Of a DNA stretch of 64,000 nt, positions 57,690-64,000 are shown one piece after another. Source of the DNA: a virus. The stretch lies in IMG/VR virus record IMGVR_UViG_3300029787_000007, positions 48,700 through 112,699 of that record. One strand, written 5' to 3'. Each line of letters opens with the position of its first letter. The first letter of the stretch is position 1. The notes beneath the pieces were generated by a model, which was not told where the DNA came from, made no database searches, and saw nothing but the letters and a program-made list of their open reading frames with translations. The position numbers and the translations under genes are program-made.

Positions 57690-58295
57690 ATGGGTAAAAA
57701 ACTTCTGCGAGAATATTATGAACTTTGTGATGGCGGCGTTTGTCAAGATCTTTTAACTGAAGACGAAAAAAGATTTGTAGCAAGCGGCGGTATGATTTTG
57801 TCTGGAAAGCTTCAAGAGTGCGATATTCAAAATGGCAATGGTCGTATTTATCCTCGCAATGTTCTTATACGAGAAGTTGATAACTATAAAAAACTTGTTA
57901 AGGAGAGTCGCGCTTTAGGAGAGCTTGATCATCCTGAGACTAATGTTATTCAGCTTGAAAAAGTTTCCCACAGAGTTACTTCCGTATGGATGGAAGGAAA
58001 CAATGTAATGGGTAAGGTACAAGTAATGAATACACCAGCCGGCAAAATTCTCCAAGAGCTGGTCAATGGAGGCTGCAAAATGGGCATTTCTTCGCGTGGT
58101 ATGGGGTCTGTGCGCGAAGATAAAGGCACGACTATAGTTGAAGATGATTTTCAATTAATTTGTTTTGATTTTGTCTCTGAGCCATCAACTCCAAATGCTT
58201 TTATGATGAAAGAGGCAAAAGAGTTTAAGAACAAGGTATTTACTAAGGCTGATACTATAAACAGGCTATTAAATGAGGTATTGCAAGATGAGTGA
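57690..58295 (+). CDS. Prohead core protease (T4 gp21-like)
   Basis: NGNGRIYP, ALGELDHP, GISSRGMGS, FDFVSEPST. Confidence 0.95.
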   Translation: MGKKLLREYYELCDGGVCQDLLTEDEKRFVASGGMILSGKLQECDIQNGNGRIYPRNVLIREVDNYKKLVKESRALGELDHPETNVIQLEKVSHRVTSVWMEGNNVMGKVQVMNTPAGKILQELVNGGCKMGISSRGMGSVREDKGTTIVEDDFQLICFDFVSEPSTPNAFMMKEAKEFKNKVFTKADTINRLLNEVLQDE

Positions 58296-59688
58296 TTGGA
58301 GTAGTTTTAAAGATGATAAAAAGCATATGGATGCGTGGCGACAATTTCTTTCCGAAGAAACCAAAGAAGCCGACCCCGTTGTGCTAAATGAAATATTTCA
58401 AGGCGCCACCGATCTGTTAAAGATGCTTGGCTTGCGAAAGCTTTCTGGCATTGAACAAGCCAAAATGGAAAACCTTGCTAATGAAATAATGCAAGATGAA
58501 GATTATATGCAGAGTCTCTTTACCGAGAAAGGCGATCTGTCGAGGTGGGACAAGGCCGAGCGCGTGGCCACGAAAATGGCTGCCGCCGTGGGAATTCCAG
58601 GAACAAATCTTAACCTGCTTCGGTTAGTGTCCATAGTTCATTACAAATTAGACAAAGAAAAAAATAACTGGATGTCAACTTACGCAGCCGATCCCGCTCT
58701 GTACGACAAAGCTGTAGACAGAGTGCAAAAGCTGGTTAAAAAGGGCGCCCGAGACGAATTAAATAATCCAAAGAGTGAACTACAGCAAGCTGCCGCTGGT
58801 ATTGATCCAAAAACCGGACAGCGAATTACAACCAAACTTCCAATTAAAAGCACAATTTCAAAGATGCTCACAAACCAGCTTCTAACAGGAGACCAAGCAA
58901 CCCAAATCTTTAGAGCTATTGATGCGTTTTTGAAGAAATCTGGTTTCCCAAATCGACTCGCTGAACAGTTTATAAATGAACAAACTCCTTTCGGAGGCGT
59001 TGCATCGCCTGTTACTGGTCGTGGTCGAAGGCCAGCAAGTACAAGAAGAGCCGATCCTAAAGGCACCGCGGACCTTGGAACAGTTATTGATTTATCAAAA
59101 ATTGGAATTAAGCCCGAAAGCCAAGCACAAGTAAGAGATATACTTAATAAACTACTTGAGCCATATAAACTAACTGTAAATGCAGGAGATGCTGCAGACC
59201 GTGCACCAACCCAGGCTAAGCCGGATACTGCGCCAGCCCAGTCTAAGCCGGATACTGCACCCGCCGGCGCTAAACCAGAAGCGGAAGTGGCCAAAGATTC
59301 TAAAGACTTTACAATCGATAGGCTATCTGCCAGCAGAGTAGTTATGAAGGGTATAGATGATCAAAATGCTCGTCGTAAAATTAGAGCATTTTTAAGTACA
59401 AAAAACCTGCCGGCGAATATAGATGAAAAAGATCCTTTAATAACAGGGATTCTCCAGGTTGTTAGAGGAATGGTCGAGCCGTTTACCTCAAGATATAAGA
59501 AAACGGCTCCTACGCTGTCTCCCAAAGCATCGCTTAAAAGACAGGGCGCCGCAATGATGGCTGAAGGCGTGTTTCAAAAATTAATTAGTGATGCTTATAT
59601 GCCAATTATTTTAGAAGAAATAAAAAGAGAAAGAATTCGCCGCCTCATTGTCAAAGAAACCCAAAGAGTATTAAATGAAAAAAGATGA
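58288..59688 (+). CDS. Putative internal head protein (start revised from 58273)
   Basis: N-terminal DAWRQFLSEE..VLNE; C-terminal IILEEIKRERIRRLIVKE..VLNE; follows protease. Confidence 0.65.
   Translation: MSDWSSFKDDKKHMDAWRQFLSEETKEADPVVLNEIFQGATDLLKMLGLRKLSGIEQAKMENLANEIMQDEDYMQSLFTEKGDLSRWDKAERVATKMAAAVGIPGTNLNLLRLVSIVHYKLDKEKNNWMSTYAADPALYDKAVDRVQKLVKKGARDELNNPKSELQQAAAGIDPKTGQRITTKLPIKSTISKMLTNQLLTGDQATQIFRAIDAFLKKSGFPNRLAEQFINEQTPFGGVASPVTGRGRRPASTRRADPKGTADLGTVIDLSKIGIKPESQAQVRDILNKLLEPYKLTVNAGDAADRAPTQAKPDTAPAQSKPDTAPAGAKPEAEVAKDSKDFTIDRLSASRVVMKGIDDQNARRKIRAFLSTKNLPANIDEKDPLITGILQVVRGMVEPFTSRYKKTAPTLSPKASLKRQGAAMMAEGVFQKLISDAYMPIILEEIKRERIRRLIVKETQRVLNEKR
59203..59283 (+). repeat. 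3 x 27-bp coding tandem repeat (APxxxKPxx linker)
   Basis: APTQAKPDT / APAQSKPDT / APAGAKPEA. Confidence 0.85.
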
Positions 59689-60094
59689 TTTAAAAAAGTT
59701 AATTAAGCCACTCGTAAAAGAATGTATACATGAAGTTCTTTTAGAGGAAGGCTTGTTGTCTAATGTTGTAGCAGAGGTCACCAAAGGAATGCAAGCTGGC
59801 ATGATTGTCGAAGCAAAGCAACAGCCTGCCCCTGTTGATTATAGTTCACAAATTAGACAAAAGACAGCGAATACAAACGCTAAACTTAGAGAACACCGCA
59901 AGAAGCTAATGGATTCAATTAATACCGATGCTTATAACGGTGTTAATTTATTTGAAGGTACCGAGCCAATGAGTGGCTACGAGGCTACAGAGCCAAAAGC
60001 AGGCTCAGTAGATTTGGGCAACCCTAAAGATTCTGGCGTCGATATCTCTTCATTATTAGGAGGCGCCTCCAAGATTTGGCAGGCGATGAAGTAG
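59675..60094 (+). CDS. Hypothetical head-module protein with leader-like N-terminus
   Basis: MKKDDLKKLIKPLVKECIHEVLLEE. Confidence 0.75.
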   Translation: MKKDDLKKLIKPLVKECIHEVLLEEGLLSNVVAEVTKGMQAGMIVEAKQQPAPVDYSSQIRQKTANTNAKLREHRKKLMDSINTDAYNGVNLFEGTEPMSGYEATEPKAGSVDLGNPKDSGVDISSLLGGASKIWQAMK

Positions 60095-60099
60095 TACAA

Positions 60100-60345
60100 A
60101 TGGCCAATAAAACAAATGTAATTGTGAGAGCAAGAGAGTGCAGGAACAACAATGAAAGAATAATTCGAAAATTTATGAAGAAAGTCAAAAAAGAAAGAAT
60201 TATTGAGCAAGTAAAAGATAGGCGACGATATAAAAAGCCATCTGTTGCTAAGAAAGAAAAGCGCTTACGTGCACAGCGTGCCCGATTAAGAGAAAGGCTT
60301 AAAAAACAAAGAGCGCAAGAAAGGCGCAATAGAAGAAATAAGTGA
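60100..60345 (+). CDS. rpsU: Phage-encoded 30S ribosomal protein bS21 (start revised from 60076)
   Basis: V.VR....ERIIRKFMKKVKKERIIEQVKDRRRYKKPS..KK pattern; highly basic. Confidence 0.85.
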   Translation: MANKTNVIVRARECRNNNERIIRKFMKKVKKERIIEQVKDRRRYKKPSVAKKEKRLRAQRARLRERLKKQRAQERRNRRNK

Positions 60346-60355
60346 CTATTTATAG
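60345..60355 (+). promoter_or_regulatory. Candidate late promoter ACTATTTATAG
   Basis: Intergenic, after bS21 and before structural genes. Confidence 0.5.
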
Positions 60356-60403
60356 TTAGTTTATGTTTCACGGAGATGAAAATGGTTTTTAAGGAGATGA
60401 AAA

Positions 60404-60871
60404 ATGGCAAATAAGTGGCCACACCCAGGATTACGAAATGTTGGTTCTTATCAAATTTCTGGACATCCTTTCGTAACAGGTTCTAGTAATTTGGACGATA
60501 ATAAAACTCATGGAGTTTTCTTTCCATTTGTTGCTAAATCTTTTACTGTTATTAATAATAATTCAACAGATGGATACGACATTAGAGTTCATTTTCAAAG
60601 TGGTACCGCAACTGCGATTACCATTCCTGGAGATGCTGGCGCACAAACAATCGCAGACACCAATGATGTAATAGCCGGATTTCACTACATAACGATCCCC
60701 GCAGGCGATGCAAGTTTAACAATGGATGTTATGTGTAAAAATGTTTTTATCTCTAATGGTTCTGGCACCGATAACTTATCGTATCAAGTATTTGCTGAGT
60801 TGACATCAATTCCGGCAGATTCGATGTATCACCTTACTGGTTCCGGAATAACAACTACGAACGGAGATTAA
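60404..60871 (+). CDS. Probable virion structural protein (155 aa)
   Basis: AGGAG SD; preceded by ACTATTTATAG motif; beta-rich. Confidence 0.65.
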   Translation: MANKWPHPGLRNVGSYQISGHPFVTGSSNLDDNKTHGVFFPFVAKSFTVINNNSTDGYDIRVHFQSGTATAITIPGDAGAQTIADTNDVIAGFHYITIPAGDASLTMDVMCKNVFISNGSGTDNLSYQVFAELTSIPADSMYHLTGSGITTTNGD

Positions 60872-60875
60872 TTCA

Positions 60876-63800
60876 ATGAGCGGTTTTAAAGGTAGTACTT
60901 CAATTGTACCAAATATTGTTACTAGCGATCTGCAAGTTGATGGTACAACACTGGTGGTTGACGAAACCAATAACCGACTCGGTATTGGCATTGCAACGCC
61001 AAAAACTGAATTAACGGTCGAGGGCACAATCACCGTCAAGGAGCGCGCCGCCGCTCAAGGCGATACGGCTGCTTATGGTCAGTTGTGGGTAAAGTCAGAT
61101 GCTCCATGCAATTTATATTTTACCGATGATTCAGGTCAAGATGTTCAGATTACTTCCGATGGTTCTTTGGCTGGTGTTGCAGGTAGTCTCTCTGGCTTAG
61201 GTAGCAATGATAATCGGCTCGTGCGCACCAACGGTACCGGCGGCGAAACTGCTCAAGGTTCTGGCATTACAATTGATGATAGTAATAATGTTAGCGGCAT
61301 GGGCACATTAGCCTGTGGTGCGATAACTTCAACTGCCGACACGGCTACATTTACCTCTACCAATGCTGATGATCCGCTTGTTGTAATTAAAAACACCGCT
61401 AGTGATGCTACTGGTGCTCGTTTACGGTTTATTAAAGATAAGGGCGCTGCAGGCGCAGCAAATGATGTCGCGGGTTTAATTGAATTCTATGCAGACGACG
61501 CCAGCCAAGATCAGGTTTTGTTTTCCGAAATCAAATCACAGGTAGCAGTTCACACCAATGGTCAAGAGGGTGGTAAATTAACTCTATCTGTAGCTTCGCA
61601 CGATGGTGAATCGCAACCCGGTCTTATTATTACTGATGGCTCGGTAGAAGACGAAGTTGATGTTACTATTGGAAATGGCGCTGCATCTCTTACAACTATC
61701 GCTGGAACTTCTCAGTTTAATGGTAATGCTACTTTTGGTGTCGATGATACTGGTGTAGATGTTAGAATCTTTAGCGCTACCGGTGACGAAGGCGTGCTTT
61801 ATGATGCATCTGAAGACGAACTAGCACTTTTACTAACAACAAAATTAAAATTTCATGATGTTGGTGGTGGTGAAGAGATTTTTGCTTCTTCTAATGGACA
61901 CTTAGAAATTAACGCTGGCACAACGTTAGACATGACCGCTCCAACTGTTGATGTTAACGCTTCTACTGCAGTTACAATTGATGGACCATCTGTCGTAATT
62001 GCAAACAGTGCAACAAACACACCAGTTGTTGAAATTAAAAATACCCACAATGGCGGTACATCAGCCGAGTTAAAGTTTAATAACACAGAAGCAGCCGGCG
62101 CCGGTGCAATTGGAGATGACTTAGGTAGAATTACTTTCTACGGTCAAGATGCTGGAAGCAATAATCAGCAATTTGGTGAAATTTTGTGCGAAACAGCTGT
62201 TGTTACTGCTGGACAGGAAGGTGGTGCACTTTCACTTAAAGTTGCTGAGCATGACGGAACTATGACCACAGGTTTATATCTATCAGATGGTGATGCCGAT
62301 GGCGAGATTGATGTAACTATAGGCGCCGGTGGATCTTCACTGGTTAGTGCGCCCGGTGATCTTAAGGTTGCTGGAACTCTTGAGATTTCTAGTTCTAATG
62401 GTGAAGCGTTGCGTATCTCAAAGGCTGAAACTGAAGCTCGCGAGATTGTTTTTGAAAACGAGGGAACAGATAAGGCTGCAATTTATTTAAATGCAGCAGA
62501 AAACTTCTTTATTAGACAGGAAGCAGCGTCGGCTGATTTAAACCTTAGAGTCGGCTCCGTTAATGTTATTTCATTAGACGGCGGAAATAGTCAAGCTGTG
62601 TTTTCCTGGCCAATTCTTGCAGGTACTGCGGCTGGATCTGGCGTCGACACATTCTTATATACAGCCGGTACTGCAGCACACGTAGGTATTCAATGGGATG
62701 CCGATGGCAATACCGAGGGAACACTAATTGGTGGCGCCGATGATCATGGCGTTGATTTTAAATTCTTTGGAGAAACATCTGGGAGATTTGTTCAATGGGA
62801 CATGTCTGGAGACGAACTAGTTCTTGCCGCGGCGTCCAAGCTTTCCTTTCATGATGCTGCTGGTGGCGAAAACATTGTTGCTTCATCTGATGGACACTTA
62901 GAAGTTAATGCCGGTACAACATTAGATATGACTGCTCCAACTGTGGACGTCAATGCGTCTACTGCAGTCACAGTTGACACCCCCGGCGTTACCATAACTG
63001 ATTCTACGACAAGTAGTGCAACAGAGGGAGGCTTTATAAGGTTGGTATCTAATGATGGTGCAGCCATGGCAGATGATCATCGTTTAGGAGTGATTGAGTT
63101 TGCGGGTGCCGAAGACGCGAGCAACACAATCACAGTTGGAGCAAAAATTGAGGCAATTTGTGACGCTGGCTGGTCGGCAACTGAAAATGGCACCGCCTTG
63201 GTGATGTCCACAACTGATGCTAACGCGTCTCAATCCGAGGTGCTAAGGCTCGACAGCGATAAGCTAGCAACCTTTGCCGGCGCCGCTTTATTTAGCGGCA
63301 ACGCCACTTTCGGTGCTGACGACACCGGCGTTGATGTAAGAATTTTTAGTGCTACCGCTAGCGAAGGCGTGCTCTATGACGCATCGGAAGATGAGCTAGC
63401 ACTGCTATTAACAACGAAATTAAAATTTCATGATGTTGGTGGTGGTGAAGAAATCTTCGCTTCCGCAAACGGTCACTTAGAAGTCAATGCCGGCACAACG
63501 CTAGACATGACAGCGCCTACAGTTGATATCAATGCTTCTACTGCCGTAACAGTTGATTCCGATCTTGTTACTTTTGGATCGGCTAATGCTAATGATCCGC
63601 TTGTTATAATTCAAAACACTACTAATGATACAGCCAGCGCTCGTCTTCGATTTGTCAAAGATCGAGGTGCTGCTGGCGAAGACAATGACAACATTGGAAC
63701 AATTGAGTTTTATGGCGATGATGACGCCCAAGACAATATTGAGTTTGCCTCCATCGGTGCCCAGGTCGCTGATGCATCTAATGGCGCCGAAGGCGGACGA

Positions 63801-64000
63801 TTGGTACTTAGGGTTGCGACACATGATGGAGAAATGCAATCTGGAATAACAATCCAAGACGGAGATGCCGAAGATGAAGTTGATGTAACAATTGGAAACG
63901 GCGCAGCATCTCTGACAACAATAGCCGGTCAAATGAAGATCACAGACGATTCCTTTCACGGGGATGCCAAAAGAGTTATATACGAGGAAGTTGATGTGAG
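60876..64000 (+). CDS. Fibre-like protein with internal repeats, truncated by window end (>1040 aa; absent from ORF track)
   Basis: GGAG SD, ATG 60876 (MSGFKGSTSIV..NRLGIGIATPKTELTVEG); reading frame open to 64000; repeated modules. Confidence 0.8.
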   Translation, partial: MSGFKGSTSIVPNIVTSDLQVDGTTLVVDETNNRLGIGIATPKTELTVEGTITVKERAAAQGDTAAYGQLWVKSDAPCNLYFTDDSGQDVQITSDGSLAGVAGSLSGLGSNDNRLVRTNGTGGETAQGSGITIDDSNNVSGMGTLACGAITSTADTATFTSTNADDPLVVIKNTASDATGARLRFIKDKGAAGAANDVAGLIEFYADDASQDQVLFSEIKSQVAVHTNGQEGGKLTLSVASHDGESQPGLIITDGSVEDEVDVTIGNGAASLTTIAGTSQFNGNATFGVDDTGVDVRIFSATGDEGVLYDASEDELALLLTTKLKFHDVGGGEEIFASSNGHLEINAGTTLDMTAPTVDVNASTAVTIDGPSVVIANSATNTPVVEIKNTHNGGTSAELKFNNTEAAGAGAIGDDLGRITFYGQDAGSNNQQFGEILCETAVVTAGQEGGALSLKVAEHDGTMTTGLYLSDGDADGEIDVTIGAGGSSLVSAPGDLKVAGTLEISSSNGEALRISKAETEAREIVFENEGTDKAAIYLNAAENFFIRQEAASADLNLRVGSVNVISLDGGNSQAVFSWPILAGTAAGSGVDTFLYTAGTAAHVGIQWDADGNTEGTLIGGADDHGVDFKFFGETSGRFVQWDMSGDELVLAAASKLSFHDAAGGENIVASSDGHLEVNAGTTLDMTAPTVDVNASTAVTVDTPGVTITDSTTSSATEGGFIRLVSNDGAAMADDHRLGVIEFAGAEDASNTITVGAKIEAICDAGWSATENGTALVMSTTDANASQSEVLRLDSDKLATFAGAALFSGNATFGADDTGVDVRIFSATASEGVLYDASEDELALLLTTKLKFHDVGGGEEIFASANGHLEVNAGTTLDMTAPTVDINASTAVTVDSDLVTFGSANANDPLVIIQNTTNDTASARLRFVKDRGAAGEDNDNIGTIEFYGDDDAQDNIEFASIGAQVADASNGAEGGRLVLRVATHDGEMQSGITIQDGDAEDEVDVTIGNGAASLTTIAGQMKITDDSFHGDAKRVIYEEVDV
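61725..63551 (+). repeat. Dispersed ~250-bp module in the fibre gene (~61725-61976, partial ~62735-62973, ~63300-63551)
   Basis: Near-identical NATFGxDDTGVDVRIFSAT..KLKFHDVGGGEEIFAS..NAGTTLDMTAPTVDxNASTAVT. Confidence 0.9.

Larger units (their letters stand above)
1..64000 (+). mobile_element. Segment of a large T4-like (myovirus-type) bacteriophage genome; no host genes or att sites evident
   Basis: TerL, gp20-like portal, gp21-like protease, gp25/gp6-like baseplate, gp55-like sigma and gp46/47-like nuclease; co-oriented, tightly packed genes with overlapping stop/start codons. Confidence 0.95.

Noticed and set aside
41288-60100. Track start codons at 41288, 45500, 47256, 48761, 49538, 50165, 50526, 57057, 58273 and 60076
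   Set aside because: They extend into upstream genes; downstream ATGs fit SD sites, stop/start coupling or the shared leader better.
61371-63929. Diversity-generating retroelement template/variable repeat pair
   Set aside because: Both copies are in one ORF, differences are mostly synonymous and not adenine-specific, and no reverse transcriptase is seen.
278-63959. Numerous minus-strand and nested alternative-frame ORFs in the track (e.g. 58680-59294, 54831-55280, 63501-63959)
   Set aside because: All overlap longer motif-bearing + strand genes and have no recognisable motifs; they are shadow ORFs.
1-64000. Alternative genetic code (stop-codon reassignment)
   Set aside because: Genes up to 9.7 kb are intact in the standard code, and TAA, TGA and TAG all end genes at sensible boundaries.
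1-64000. tRNA/rRNA genes and intrinsic terminators
   Set aside because: Intergenic gaps are mostly under 70 bp; I saw no cloverleaf or convincing GC hairpin plus U-tract by eye. tRNAscan-SE and a terminator search would be needed to exclude them.

Overview
This 64-kb window is a gene-dense segment of a large T4-like (myovirus-type, possibly jumbo) dsDNA bacteriophage. Every credible gene lies on the + strand. Left to right it contains: (1) nucleotide-sugar genes (NAD-dependent epimerase, shortened UDP-glucose dehydrogenase), an FmdB-type Zn-ribbon protein and a gp55-like late sigma factor; (2) a ~36-kb baseplate/tail block (gp5-like proteins, a 2166-aa protein, gp25-like, gp6-like, a 3231-aa LamG/gp7-like wedge protein, two pairs of tandem paralogues); (3) RuvC, a DnaG primase and a single-chain Mre11-Rad50 (gp47-gp46/SbcD-SbcC) fusion, each with a sigma70-type promoter candidate; (4) a cluster of small unrelated ORFs sharing the N-terminal leader MKITKxQLKQIIKEE...hydrophobic-x-E, with a tubulin/FtsZ-family GTPase and a holin/spanin-like cassette embedded in it; (5) large terminase, gp20 portal, gp21 prohead protease and ribosomal protein bS21; (6) a repeat-built fibre-like gene that runs off the window end. 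The most notable unexplained system is the family of nine leader-tagged ORFs, plus two further leader types. I infer a capsid-targeting, protease-cleaved 'address tag' that loads exchangeable cargo proteins into the head. A recurring (A)CTAWTTA motif upstream of structural genes is a candidate late promoter. All assignments come from motif recognition by eye; no database searches were run.
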